DNA of 64,000 bases, taken from positions 2,976,001-3,040,000 of the forward strand of contig OY781964.1 of NCBI GenBank assembly GCA_963677485.1, in the 5' to 3' direction. Below the pieces are notes generated by a model. That model did not search any database, was not told the DNA's origin, and saw only the letters and a list, made by a program, of their open reading frames with translations. Of this stretch, positions 52,887 through 63,311 are shown in pieces. Position 1 is the first letter of the stretch, and the number at the start of each line of letters is the position of its first letter. The DNA comes from Armatimonadota bacterium. Lineage in GTDB: Bacteria; Armatimonadota; HRBIN16. A program made the position numbers and the translations under genes.

Positions 52887-53792
52887 ATGGAAAAACTTCA
52901 TCTCACTAACCTCAAGGCGCTGGAAGCTGAGAGCATCTACATCATGCGTGAGGTTGTCTCTGAGTTTGAGCATCCCGTGATGCTTTACTCGGTGGGCAAG
53001 GACTCGTCGGTGATGGTGCGCCTGGCCCAGAAGGCGTTCTACCCTGGCAGCATCCCGTTTCCGCTGCTGCACGTCGATACGGGCTTCAAATTCCCGGAAA
53101 TGTACGAGTTCCGCGACAACTTCTGCAAACAAATCGGTGCGGACCTTCGCGTCTATCGCAATGAAGAGGCGATCGCGAACAACACCAACCCCTGGGACTT
53201 GGGAAGCCCCAAGTGCTGCGGTCTGCTAAAGACGCAGGCACTGCTGGATGCGCTGACCGAAGGCGGATATGACGCCGCTTTTGGCGGGGCCCGGCGCGAT
53301 GAGGAGAAGTCACGGGCGAAGGAACGGATCTACTCCTTCCGAGATGCTCATGGGCAATGGGATCCCAAAAACCAGCGGCCCGAGTTATGGAACCTCTATA
53401 ATGGACGGATCCAGAAGGGTGAAAGCATCCGCGTGTTCCCGTTGTCCAACTGGACAGAGCTTGATGTCTGGATGTATATCCACCTGGAAAACATCCCAGT
53501 GGTGCCGATGTACTTCGCGAAAGAGCGGGATATGGTGAAGCGCGATGGGCGGTTGATCCCAATATACCCAGATACCCCCATTCAGCCTGGCGAGGAACCT
53601 CAAAAGGTGATGTGCCGCTTCCGGACCCTGGGTTGTCACCCTTGCACCGGTGCTGTGCTTTCCAGTGCAGCCACTGTGATGGACATCGTGCAGGAGATGA
53701 TGGTGGCGCGGCAGTCAGAGCGAATCACCAGGTTGATTGACCATGACCAGGATAGTTCGATGGAACAGAAGAAGCGCGAGGGATATTTCTAA
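52887..53792 (+). CDS. cysD: Sulfate adenylyltransferase subunit 2
   Basis: [46 protein letters not shown]. Confidence 0.98.
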   Translation: MEKLHLTNLKALEAESIYIMREVVSEFEHPVMLYSVGKDSSVMVRLAQKAFYPGSIPFPLLHVDTGFKFPEMYEFRDNFCKQIGADLRVYRNEEAIANNTNPWDLGSPKCCGLLKTQALLDALTEGGYDAAFGGARRDEEKSRAKERIYSFRDAHGQWDPKNQRPELWNLYNGRIQKGESIRVFPLSNWTELDVWMYIHLENIPVVPMYFAKERDMVKRDGRLIPIYPDTPIQPGEEPQKVMCRFRTLGCHPCTGAVLSSAATVMDIVQEMMVARQSERITRLIDHDQDSSMEQKKREGYF

Positions 53793-55684
53793 TGGGTATC
53801 ACCGAATTCGTCAACCAGGTACAGCAAGCGGATCTGCTGCGGTTTACCACGGCAGGCAGTGTGGACGACGGTAAGTCGACGCTCATCGGCCGGCTGCTGC
53901 ACGACTCCAAAAACATCTATGAAGACCACCTCACCTCATTGCGCAAAGACTCCAAGACGGCTGGGCGTGAGAACATCGACTTCGCGCTGTTGACCGATGG
54001 TCTGAAGGCGGAGCGAGAGCAGGGGATCACCATCGACGTCGCGTACCGCCATTTTTCGACGCCCAAACGGCGGTTCATCATCGCCGATACTCCCGGGCAT
54101 GAGCAGTACACCCGCAATATGGTCACCGGTGCGTCCACGGCTAACCTGGCGATCATCTTGATCGATGCCCGGCTGGGTGTTCTGACACAGTCGAAACGGC
54201 ACGGCTTTATCGCCTCGCTGTTGGGTATTCCGCACATCGTGGTGGCGATCAATAAGATGGACCTGGTGGACTACTCGCAAGAGGTCTACAACGCGGTCTG
54301 CGACGACTACCGCGAGTTTTGCGCCAAGCTGCCTATTCGAGATATCACCTTCATCCCGATGAGTGCGTTCTACGGTGACAATGTGGTGGAGCGCGGCGAC
54401 AACATGCCGTGGTATCAAGGGGCTCCGCTGCTGCAGCATCTGGAGCAGGTACACATCGCCAGTGATGCAAACCTGATTGACTTCCGATTTCCTATTCAAT
54501 ATGTGCTCCGACCAAATAGCAGCTTCCGCGGATATTGCGGAGCGGTGGCCTCGGGTGTTGTGCGCATAGGTGATGAGATAGTGGCACTGCCTTCGGGCAA
54601 GAAGTCACGGGTGCAACGGATACTTTCTGGCGATGAGGATGTGGAGTATGTGGTGCCTCCACAGGCGGCCACGATCTGCCTTGAAGACGAGATCGACCTG
54701 AGCCGCGGTGATATGATGGCCCATCCTGACAACACCCCCTGGGTTGCGAAGGATGTGGAGGCGTTGATGATATGGATGGACACCGAGCCGCTCAAGATCA
54801 ATCATAACTATATCTTTAAGCATACCACGCGGTCGGTGCGGGGGCGTTTGGCCGAACTGAAGTATAAGATTGATCCCAATAGCCTGCATCGGCAGCCTGC
54901 TGAGACCCTTGATTTAAATGAGATCGGCCGGGTCAAACTGGAGCTGTTCCGCCCGATGCTGTGTGACGAATACGCGCGCAACCGGACTACGGGCAGCTTT
55001 ATCGTGATTGACCCGCTCACTAACTTCACTGTGGGGGCGGGTATGATCATAGACCGTACCCACCACCACGGGACAGATACACGTGACGCTGATGCCAAAA
55101 ATCGTCACCTCACGAAGCATAAAGGCGCGGTGACGGTTGAAGACCGTGTGCGGGTGTTGGGGCAGCGTCCCAGCACGCTTTGGCTGACAGGATTAAGCGG
55201 ATCCGGGAAGTCCACCATCGCCTATGCACTGGAGAAACGGCTGACGGACGTGGGCTGTGCCTGCTTTGTGTTGGACGGCGACAACATGCGCCACGGGTTG
55301 AACCGCGATCTGGGTTTCAGTTCAGATGACCGCAGTGAGAACATCCGCCGGGTGGCTGAGGTAGCGAAACTGTTCAACGAAGCAGGGCTAATGGTGATCG
55401 CCTCCTTCATCTCGCCGTTTGAGAAGGATCGGCAGCATGCCAGGGAGATCATCGGCGATGAGTGGTTCAATGAGGTGTTTGTGGACACTCCTCTAGCTGA
55501 GTGTGAGGCTCGCGATCCTAAGGGGTTGTATGCCAAGGCGCGGTCAGGTGAAATCGCCGAGTTTACCGGCATTACATCGCCATACGAACAGCCCGAGTAC
55601 CCTGATGTGCGCATCGACACCACGAAACTCAGCATTGAGCAAGCGGTGGATATTCTTCTTAACAGGCTGACTTCCGACAGCTAA
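53792..55684 (+). CDS. cysNC: Bifunctional sulfate adenylyltransferase subunit 1/APS kinase (CysNC/NodQ-like)
   Basis: AGSVDDGKSTLIGRLL, DTPGHEQYTRNM; C-terminal WLTGLSGSGKST, LDGDN.RHGL, RDPKGLY. Confidence 0.97.
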   Translation: MGITEFVNQVQQADLLRFTTAGSVDDGKSTLIGRLLHDSKNIYEDHLTSLRKDSKTAGRENIDFALLTDGLKAEREQGITIDVAYRHFSTPKRRFIIADTPGHEQYTRNMVTGASTANLAIILIDARLGVLTQSKRHGFIASLLGIPHIVVAINKMDLVDYSQEVYNAVCDDYREFCAKLPIRDITFIPMSAFYGDNVVERGDNMPWYQGAPLLQHLEQVHIASDANLIDFRFPIQYVLRPNSSFRGYCGAVASGVVRIGDEIVALPSGKKSRVQRILSGDEDVEYVVPPQAATICLEDEIDLSRGDMMAHPDNTPWVAKDVEALMIWMDTEPLKINHNYIFKHTTRSVRGRLAELKYKIDPNSLHRQPAETLDLNEIGRVKLELFRPMLCDEYARNRTTGSFIVIDPLTNFTVGAGMIIDRTHHHGTDTRDADAKNRHLTKHKGAVTVEDRVRVLGQRPSTLWLTGLSGSGKSTIAYALEKRLTDVGCACFVLDGDNMRHGLNRDLGFSSDDRSENIRRVAEVAKLFNEAGLMVIASFISPFEKDRQHAREIIGDEWFNEVFVDTPLAECEARDPKGLYAKARSGEIAEFTGITSPYEQPEYPDVRIDTTKLSIEQAVDILLNRLTSDS

Positions 55685-55709
55685 CCGAACGCGCATCGCA
55701 TAGACATCA

Positions 55710-55745
55710 AAATGGCCGCCTTGATCAGATCAGGGCGGCCATTTC
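55710..55745. terminator. Terminator-like hairpin between convergent genes
   Basis: AAATGGCCGCC/GGCGGCCATTT. Confidence 0.7.
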
Positions 55746-55761
55746 ATGGTTGTCATTTAGT

Positions 55762-55926
55762 TGCCACAGTCCGGGGCGGTCTGGCAGTACGCTGACAATT
55801 GCTACAGTCTATAGACCGCGCCGGTCTTGTTCGCGAAACCAATCTAGGGGGCTATCCGCCAGACCGGCGCGGTCTCGAGCCTTCTGTAGCCGCTAGCCAC
55901 CGCACAGACCGCCCCGGACATAGCCA
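55762..55926. repeat. Complete family A doublet
   Basis: Same two-arm architecture as 18736-18906. Confidence 0.9.
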
Positions 55927-56005
55927 ATACAGCTGCTGTGAAAACCAAACGCGGCAGATGACCACAAGGGGTATCTACAGACAGATAGGGTTCATACCAT
56001 AACGG

Positions 56006-56725
56006 CTACAGGTTGTGGTAGTTGAGCTCTTTCATGTCTTCGTGCAGGAAGTCAAAATCATGAATCCCTGTATCTGTCTTCCAGCGTCCGACAGCCTCCG
56101 GCTTGACGGCGATCTTGGCTAGTTTGATGCCAAGGAACTGCTCCAGCCGCATCAGGGTGGCATCTTGATCAAGCACAAAGTCCTCAAACCGCACGTTAAT
56201 GGTGTGTTCTGGCACCGGCGTGGCCTTGACGATCTCCCGCTGGTATTTCCAACTGATCGCACGGCGTCGACGCTGATCTTCGGTCAGATCATACGGAATG
56301 TGGAAGTCAGCCAGGTCATCTGTAACATGAGCACCCAGAATGGCATCTTTTGGGTCACGTGTCCAGTGAATGTAGTAGGCATCGGGGAACATACGCACGA
56401 TCCATGGGTAGACAAGCGTGGTCTCTGGCAGTTTCCATCCTTTGTTTGGAGCATCACTGTTCAGCACGGACTGTAAATAACGCTCGACGAGCGTGGTGAA
56501 TTCGGGGTCAATAGGCATCGTGTGAAGCTGGCGAAAGTCCCAGCTCATCTGGTCAAGGTGGATCACATGCTTGGACATCACACGGCAGGCCTCATACATG
56601 TCATCCGGGGGGACGAGGTCACTGGAGCCATTGAGCGGAGAGCCCATGAACACACCGCTTTCGGACAGTGTGTGTGAGATGGCCCGTGTTCCACCATGGC
56701 CGCGTCCGATTACCACGACTAGCAT
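56006..56725 (-). CDS. Sulfotransferase family protein
   Basis: 5'-PSB-like IGRGHGGT, WKLPE, 3'-PB-like RDPKDAILG, VRFEDFV, LEQFLG, GRWK. Confidence 0.8.
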   Translation of the reverse strand: MLVVVIGRGHGGTRAISHTLSESGVFMGSPLNGSSDLVPPDDMYEACRVMSKHVIHLDQMSWDFRQLHTMPIDPEFTTLVERYLQSVLNSDAPNKGWKLPETTLVYPWIVRMFPDAYYIHWTRDPKDAILGAHVTDDLADFHIPYDLTEDQRRRRAISWKYQREIVKATPVPEHTINVRFEDFVLDQDATLMRLEQFLGIKLAKIAVKPEAVGRWKTDTGIHDFDFLHEDMKELNYHNL

Positions 56726-56895
56726 TTATACGTATTTCCTTCCTGAATTCCTAAGTTTGCGAATTCAGGTTACCACACTAGGGCGGTGATTGCCAACAGC
56801 GGCGGGAGGGGAGGGGCAGAGAGGAGTCAGGAGGCAGGAGTGCAGGAGACGGGAGGCAGCCCACAGATAGTCTGTATCAATGCTTTCTGACGATA

Positions 56896-56977
56896 CTGGT
56901 AATATGTACAGTTTATTACAAAAAATCTACTGAAACAGTTATGAGGGATTGACTTCGGTTGTAGGATGCAACATAAT
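56896..56977 (+). promoter_or_regulatory. Palindrome plus sigma70-like promoter, conserved upstream of both IPT/TIG paralogs
   Basis: CTGGTAATATGTACAG ~38 bp before TTGACT-17-CATAAT. Equivalent at 63139-63219. Confidence 0.55.
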
Positions 56978-57071
56978 TAGGTCACAGCTTGAGGGATTCG
57001 ATGCGTGTCACGGCCATGAAGTCCAGCACACGCATCCCTACAACAAGCCTCCCATGAAGGAGAATATACCA

Positions 57072-60000
57072 ATGTTGCGTACATCTGCATTCTGTCCGCC
57101 AGTATGGCTGGCGTCGCTGATTTTCGTCTGCATGGCTCAAACCTCAGGTGCAGCCGTTCCTCCAACGATCTCATCCTTCAACCCCGTGTCGGTTTACGTG
57201 GGGCAATACGGGACGAACTTCCCTGTTACTATTAATGGAACAAACTTCAACTCGGTGTCTGCGGTCAATGTTGGTGGACGATCTGCCAGCTTTGTGGTGA
57301 ACAGCACTGTCAAGATCACGGCCTTTGTTCCAGCATCCGCCAGCACCAACTTTCTCTATGTCACCACATCGGGTGGTACGGCATATAGCTCGTTGCCGTT
57401 TACGGTCAAACCTATACCTCCTCCCACCATAGTATCATTCACACCAACAAGCGCTTATGTTGGTGAAACGGGGAGGGTGGTCACCATCACTGGAACCAAC
57501 TATATGGGTGCGGGCGATTTGGCTGGGTATATTAAGAACACAACGGTCAAAATCGGGGGGACAAGAGCAAGCATCAACATCGTCAATGACACCACCATCA
57601 ATGCGACCGTGCCAGTCAACGTGATTTACCCCACTTACTGGATTTCAGTCACCACTAATGGCGGTACCGCATATAGCCAAACCAACTTCATCATCAAACC
57701 AATCCCTGCGCCAACCATATCATCCTTTTCACCAACGAGTGCCTACGCAGGTGAGACTAATCGAACTATCACCATCACCGGCACGAACTTCATGGGCACA
57801 GGTGAGCTCATCCCGCTCATCAGGGTGCTCAGTGTCAAAATCGGGGGTACCTCCGCAAGCTTTAATGTGGTCAGCGATATGACCATCACAACAGTCGTGC
57901 CGGCCAGCGTGCTCTACCCCATTTACTGGATTTCTGTCACCACCACCGGCGGCACAGTATATAGCAAAGATAACTTTACGCTGAAGCCTGTGCCTGCTCC
58001 CACGATCACATCTTTTACGCCTTCCTCAGGAAGTGTCGGCGACACGGTCAGTATTACCGGTGCGAACTTCATGGGCACCGGGGCACTGAGCGGGCTGATC
58101 GCAGTCAGTTCAGTGAAGATCGGAGGCACCGAAGCGAGCTTTAACGTCGTCAGTGACACATCGCTGATGGCTGTCGTACCCGCAAGCGTGCTTTATCCTA
58201 TCTACTGGATTTCGGTCACAACCTCAGGAGGTACTGTCTATAGCGGGAGTAACTTCACCGTAAAGCCGGCTTCAGCTCCCACGATCAGCTCATTTGCGCC
58301 AACCAGCGGTAAGGTCGGTGATCTCGTCACCATCACAGGTACGAATTTGACGGGTGCGACCGCGGTGAAATTCGCTGGCTTGACGGCGGTCTTCACTGTG
58401 GTGAGTGCGACCTCCATCACCGCGAACGTGCCCAGCGGTGCTGTGACCGGTAAGATATCGGTCACGACGCCAGGCGGAACTGCTATCAGTGCCACGGATT
58501 TTACTGTCTACCCACCACCTTCTATCAGCTCGTTTGCGCCGACGAGTGGGGCTGTTGGAGATACCGTCACCATCACCGGGGTGAACTTCACGGGAGCCAC
58601 TTCGGTGACATTCGGTGGCGATGTGTCCGCGACGATTACCTCCGTTAACGCAACCACCATCACTGCGACTGTACCTTCCGGTGCGGTCACAGGCACGATA
58701 TCGGTCACCACTCCTGGTGGTACAGCGGTTAGTAATGACAGCTTTACGGTGAACCCGGTGCCGACCATCACAAGCTTCACACCGACGAGCGGTAAACCCG
58801 GTGATTTCATAGACATCATAGGCACGAATTTCTATGCGATCACGGTGAAGTTCAATGGCACCCCGATCACGTATAACATCAACTACAGCACCAGCCACAT
58901 ATGCCCGAAGGTGCCCTGGGGTGCCACGACCGGCAGGATTACGATCAGCAATCCGTACGGTATTGCAACGAGTGCGGAGGACTTTGTAGTCATTCAAGAT
59001 CCCACGATCATCTCCTTCTCGCCAACATTCGGTAAGGTTGGTGATTTAGTGACAATCACCGGCACGAATTTCGGCCAGACGCCCGTCGTGCAGTTTAATG
59101 GGACCACGGTGGTGAGCTACCACGCGATCGCTGATACCTCCATTACTGTAGTTGTGCCAGATGGCGCAAGCACAGGTAGAATATCAGTCACCACATCAAA
59201 CGGCACGGTTACGAGTGCGGAGGACTTCACTGTTTATCAACAAATCACACTCCTTAGTTTCATGCCGACGAGTGGGTTCGTTGGTGCCACAGTAACCATT
59301 AGCGGCTCAGGCTTCACCGATGTAACCGGGGTTACGTTCAATGGCACGCCGGCGCCTCTATTCAACATAGATAGTGATACCTCGATTACTGTCATGGTGC
59401 CTGATGGTGCAAGAACAGGGCTGATATCGGTGAGCAACCCATCATACACAGCCACAACGACGGATTGGTTCATTGTGTTTCAACAGCCGTCCATCAGCTC
59501 TTTCCAACCCGCAAGCGGTAAGGTTGGCGATGTTGTGACTATTACTGGAACTAACCTGTTCGATATCACTGAGGTGTCGTTCTATGGTATGGCAGCTACG
59601 ACATTCACCGTAGATAGTGATACCACGATCACGGCCACTGTTCCGAGTGGCGCCCGCACGGGCATGATAGAGGTCAAAAACCCGGCATACAGGGCAGCGA
59701 GTACGTCGGTATTCGTTGTCTATCAGAAGCCGATCATCAGCTCCTTCACGCCGGGAAGTGGAGTCGTTGGCGATAGCGTAACACTCACCGGAACAGGCTT
59801 TACCGGTGTGTCTGGTGTCTCGTTTACGGGTGCCGCGGCGACCATTACATCAACAAGCGATACCTCCCTCACCGTAAGCGTGCCCAATGGAGCGACTACC
59901 GGTCCGATCACCGTCACCAACCCCGCGGGTTCGATGAGTAGTGCGACGGATTTCACTGTCTACCAACCGCCAACTATCAACACCTTCTCGCCAGAGAGTG

Positions 60001-61754
60001 GTATAGTTGCTAACGTCGTTGTGATTGATGGCTCGAACTTTACCAATCCATCAGAAGTCACATTTAACGGAACAACCGCGACGAATTTTACATGGATTAG
60101 CTCACAGCGCATCCGCGTCAGCGTCCCAGATGGTGCTACTACGGGTCCTATAGCCGTCACCACTCCAGGAGGTCATGCGACCAGTGCGAGTAACTTCACC
60201 GTCTACCAGAAACCAGCCATCAGTTCCTTCACTCCAGAGAGCGGGGCAGTTGGGCAGGTAGTCACGATTACCGGTAACAGCTTCGTTGGCGTAACACGGG
60301 TGATATTCAACATCACAACAGCGATAACATGCACCGTCAACAGTGAGACCTCGATCACAGCTACAGTGCCAAGTGGCGCGACGACAGGTAGGATTTCTGT
60401 CAGCACAATCTACGGTCCAGCTACAAGTGACGTAGATTTCGTTGTGAATCAACCACCGACCATCAGCTCTTTCGCGCCTTCTGCAGGTGCTGTGGGCATT
60501 GGCGTCACGATCAATGGATCGAATTTCACGGGTGCGACAGCTGTGTATTTTGGCGGTGTATTGCAGACGACTTATACCGTAATCAGTGATACTATGATCA
60601 CCACGACGGTGCCGAGTGGCGCCCAGACGGGTCCGATATCTGTGACCACACCCGGTGGTACAGCGACGAGTCAGAACCCATTCTTCGTCGCCCCGTCGAT
60701 AAGTTGGTTCACGCCGACCATTGGCCAGGTCGGTACGGTGGTCACCATCACCGGCACGAATTTCAATGGGGTAGGACAAGTCACATTTAACGGCGTGACC
60801 GCTGCGATCAACTCTGTCACTCCCACAACTATTGTGGCGACGGTACCAAGTGGTGCGACGAGTGGCCCGATATCTGTCACATCGCCGGGAGGAGTGGCGA
60901 CAAGTGCCGCCTACTTCATGGTTCAGCCGTATGGTGTCGTTGTGTTTTGGGGCAAGAATGGTTCCGGTCAAGGCAACCTTCCCACCCCAAATCTGAACTT
61001 TACACGGCTGTCTGCTGGCTGGAACCACATCGCTGGCTTGAAACAAGATGGCTCTGTAGTCTGCTGGGGCTATAATAGCTACGGCGAATGCAACGTTCCA
61101 TCCCCTAACCAGAACTTCGCTGAAGTTGCAGCGGGCTATTACCATACGGCAGGACTGAAGCGAGACGGCTCTGTGGTTTGCTGGGGTTGGACCCTCTATG
61201 GGATATGCACCGTGCCTTTACCGAACGAGAACTTCACCTCGGTCTCTACCCGTAATCTGCATACGGTCGGCTTGAAGCGTGATGGCACTGTAGTTTGCTG
61301 GGGTGACAACAGTTATGGTCAGTGCGTAGTGCCGATGCCTAATCAAAACTTCACCGCTGTCTCTGCTGGTCACTCCCACACGGTCGGTCTGAAGAGCGAT
61401 GGTTCTGTGGTTTGCTGGGGTTTCAACAACGTTGGCCAATGTGTAGTCCCAGCACCCAACCAGGGTTTCATTGCCGTCTCGGCGGGGGCTAGCCACTCGG
61501 CTGGTCTGAAGAGTGATGGCTCCATCGTGTGCTGGGGGTATAACGGTTATGACGCATGTAATGTGCCAGCACCCAATATGGAATTCGTCGGCATATCTGC
61601 AGGCATGTCACACACTGTCGGCCTAAAGCGCGATGGTTCTGTGGTCTGCTGGGGCACAAACACCAATGGCGAGTGTAATGTACCTGGCCCAAATAGCGGA
61701 TTCATTGCCATAAGTGCAGGTGCAAGCTATACTTGCGCTCTCAGGAACCCGTAG
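57072..61754 (+). CDS. Large secreted surface protein: tandem IPT/TIG Ig-like repeats plus C-terminal RCC1/BLIP-II-like propeller
   Basis: More than 12 PTI.SF.P.SG.VG..VTITG.NF repeats; seven H..GLK.DGSVVCWG.N-type repeats. AAGGAG RBS. Confidence 0.93.
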   Translation: MLRTSAFCPPVWLASLIFVCMAQTSGAAVPPTISSFNPVSVYVGQYGTNFPVTINGTNFNSVSAVNVGGRSASFVVNSTVKITAFVPASASTNFLYVTTSGGTAYSSLPFTVKPIPPPTIVSFTPTSAYVGETGRVVTITGTNYMGAGDLAGYIKNTTVKIGGTRASINIVNDTTINATVPVNVIYPTYWISVTTNGGTAYSQTNFIIKPIPAPTISSFSPTSAYAGETNRTITITGTNFMGTGELIPLIRVLSVKIGGTSASFNVVSDMTITTVVPASVLYPIYWISVTTTGGTVYSKDNFTLKPVPAPTITSFTPSSGSVGDTVSITGANFMGTGALSGLIAVSSVKIGGTEASFNVVSDTSLMAVVPASVLYPIYWISVTTSGGTVYSGSNFTVKPASAPTISSFAPTSGKVGDLVTITGTNLTGATAVKFAGLTAVFTVVSATSITANVPSGAVTGKISVTTPGGTAISATDFTVYPPPSISSFAPTSGAVGDTVTITGVNFTGATSVTFGGDVSATITSVNATTITATVPSGAVTGTISVTTPGGTAVSNDSFTVNPVPTITSFTPTSGKPGDFIDIIGTNFYAITVKFNGTPITYNINYSTSHICPKVPWGATTGRITISNPYGIATSAEDFVVIQDPTIISFSPTFGKVGDLVTITGTNFGQTPVVQFNGTTVVSYHAIADTSITVVVPDGASTGRISVTTSNGTVTSAEDFTVYQQITLLSFMPTSGFVGATVTISGSGFTDVTGVTFNGTPAPLFNIDSDTSITVMVPDGARTGLISVSNPSYTATTTDWFIVFQQPSISSFQPASGKVGDVVTITGTNLFDITEVSFYGMAATTFTVDSDTTITATVPSGARTGMIEVKNPAYRAASTSVFVVYQKPIISSFTPGSGVVGDSVTLTGTGFTGVSGVSFTGAAATITSTSDTSLTVSVPNGATTGPITVTNPAGSMSSATDFTVYQPPTINTFSPESGIVANVVVIDGSNFTNPSEVTFNGTTATNFTWISSQRIRVSVPDGATTGPIAVTTPGGHATSASNFTVYQKPAISSFTPESGAVGQVVTITGNSFVGVTRVIFNITTAITCTVNSETSITATVPSGATTGRISVSTIYGPATSDVDFVVNQPPTISSFAPSAGAVGIGVTINGSNFTGATAVYFGGVLQTTYTVISDTMITTTVPSGAQTGPISVTTPGGTATSQNPFFVAPSISWFTPTIGQVGTVVTITGTNFNGVGQVTFNGVTAAINSVTPTTIVATVPSGATSGPISVTSPGGVATSAAYFMVQPYGVVVFWGKNGSGQGNLPTPNLNFTRLSAGWNHIAGLKQDGSVVCWGYNSYGECNVPSPNQNFAEVAAGYYHTAGLKRDGSVVCWGWTLYGICTVPLPNENFTSVSTRNLHTVGLKRDGTVVCWGDNSYGQCVVPMPNQNFTAVSAGHSHTVGLKSDGSVVCWGFNNVGQCVVPAPNQGFIAVSAGASHSAGLKSDGSIVCWGYNGYDACNVPAPNMEFVGISAGMSHTVGLKRDGSVVCWGTNTNGECNVPGPNSGFIAISAGASYTCALRNP

Positions 61755-61769
61755 TTTGCGGTAGGGGCT

Positions 61770-61915
61770 TTGGAGCGAGGAGCGGAGGGGAATGGGAGCA
61801 GAGGAGAATAGGAGCAGAGGAGCGGAGGCGAGGGGCGAGGGGCGAGGGAATTCGAGCGAGGAATATGGGCACCCTCCCTCTCTCCCTCCTTTTCTCCTCG
61901 TCTCCTCTCTCCTTT
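61770..61915. repeat. Purine-rich short tandem repeats followed by a complementary pyrimidine tract
   Basis: GGAGC(A/G)GA and GGCGAGG units, then CTCCCTCTCTCC.. Similar tracts at 27743-27790 and 56805-56860. Confidence 0.6.
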
Positions 61916-62028
61916 TTCAGCGGATATCGGCTATTACTCCCAAATTGGCATAAAATAGTATAATGCCGGTGAAGCAAAACCGTCTATACTATATGTAGGT
62001 ATGCAATAGACTTCTGGAGGCGATATCA

Positions 62029-63054
62029 ATGAAACACACCCAGGTGAAACAGATCGTAGCGGCTGCACTGGTGCTGAGCTGCGCGGTAGCCACCTCGGCT
62101 CAAAACATCTATATAGGTGAAAAGGCGTCCGCAAACGGCATTTCAGTCACATCCTGGGGCGGAGCTGCTGTTAAAGAGACCTCTGATATGTTTCTTCTGG
62201 GTGGTTACTCCATCCGAGTAGGCACTTTAGGACCACTACAGGGCGTGCGCCTTGCCTATAAAACCCCAATCGATCTTTCTGGTCTAGCCGCCAATCCAAA
62301 TGCGGTGATGAGCATTCACATCAAGCTGCCGAGTGCGACTAAGGCCGGGACGACAGGAATTAGCTCCAAGCGCACAATGGGCGCAGCCGCTATGATGGGC
62401 GGGATGATGATGCCAGGTATGGGCGGCGGCGGTGGTATGAGTATGCCAGGAATGGGTGGAATGATGCCCGGTATGGGCGGCAAGACGGGTGCTGCAGGCA
62501 CTACCGCTAAGCCCAAGGTGATGCAGAAGCTGCGCGTGGTGATGATGAACGACAAGGGTGGCTCCAGCGACTTCGTGGTAAGTTTGCGTGACGCATACAG
62601 CGAAGATGGCTGGCTGGTTCTTGGCGTTCCGATGAAAAAGCTGGTTGGTTTTGCCAAGAGCCCGTTATTGAAAGAGTTGCGTATAGCTGGTGACGCTCAA
62701 GATACCTTCTATTTAGGAAGTGTGACAGGGGCCACCGATAGTAACCCATTGCGCGCGGACAACATCCGCGTCAACGAGGACCTGCAAGTTCTTCTTGATG
62801 ATGAGCAGGCCGATATGCAGAGCCTGGTAGCCCGGAAAAATGTATGGCTGACAGCAAATATCGCCGCCAGCATGATCCCGGTGAAGGTGACATGGGATAT
62901 CGACAACCGTGACGGCTTACAGACTGATGGCGAAGGGATCTACGCTCAGTTGAAGTTCCCAGAGCCAGGTAAATATACTATCACATTGACACTGACCGAC
63001 GTGGCTGGCGTGAAAAAGCCCTTTGTTCTGACGAGGGACATCGAAGTCAACTAA
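62029..63054 (+). CDS. Secreted hypothetical protein with Met/Gly-rich insert and PKD-like C-terminus
   Basis: Signal peptide; MMGGMMMPGMGGGGGMSMPGMGG; WDID..DG..F.EPGKYTITLT. Confidence 0.8.
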   Translation: MKHTQVKQIVAAALVLSCAVATSAQNIYIGEKASANGISVTSWGGAAVKETSDMFLLGGYSIRVGTLGPLQGVRLAYKTPIDLSGLAANPNAVMSIHIKLPSATKAGTTGISSKRTMGAAAMMGGMMMPGMGGGGGMSMPGMGGMMPGMGGKTGAAGTTAKPKVMQKLRVVMMNDKGGSSDFVVSLRDAYSEDGWLVLGVPMKKLVGFAKSPLLKELRIAGDAQDTFYLGSVTGATDSNPLRADNIRVNEDLQVLLDDEQADMQSLVARKNVWLTANIAASMIPVKVTWDIDNRDGLQTDGEGIYAQLKFPEPGKYTITLTLTDVAGVKKPFVLTRDIEVN

Positions 63055-63073
63055 CCTGTCCATTTCCGTTTAC

Positions 63074-63115
63074 CACAGCCCCCGCTGTCCTTTCAGCGGG
63101 GGCTGTGTGCGTTTT
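63074..63115 (+). terminator. Intrinsic terminator
   Basis: CACAGCCCCCGCTG/CAGCGGGGGCTGTG stem plus T-rich tail. Confidence 0.75.
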
Positions 63116-63311
63116 AGCGTCTGATTTTTCTTAAAATACTGGTATTTGTTCCAGTTTTACCAAAATAACTTCCATATGAACGAAAAAGGGTTGACTTAGC
63201 CTGGCTGAAAGAACACAATAGAGTTATTAGCTCGGGTTACCCGTGTGTGTTTGGGTCATGAAGTACCAGCACAAGTTTTCCCAAAAGGGCTTCCCATGAA
63301 GGAGAATACCC

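Noticed and set aside
56949-57071. N-terminal extension of the IPT/TIG ORF from TTG 56949
   Set aside because: That TTG is the -35 box. The RBS, the signal peptide and the paralog all support ATG 57072.
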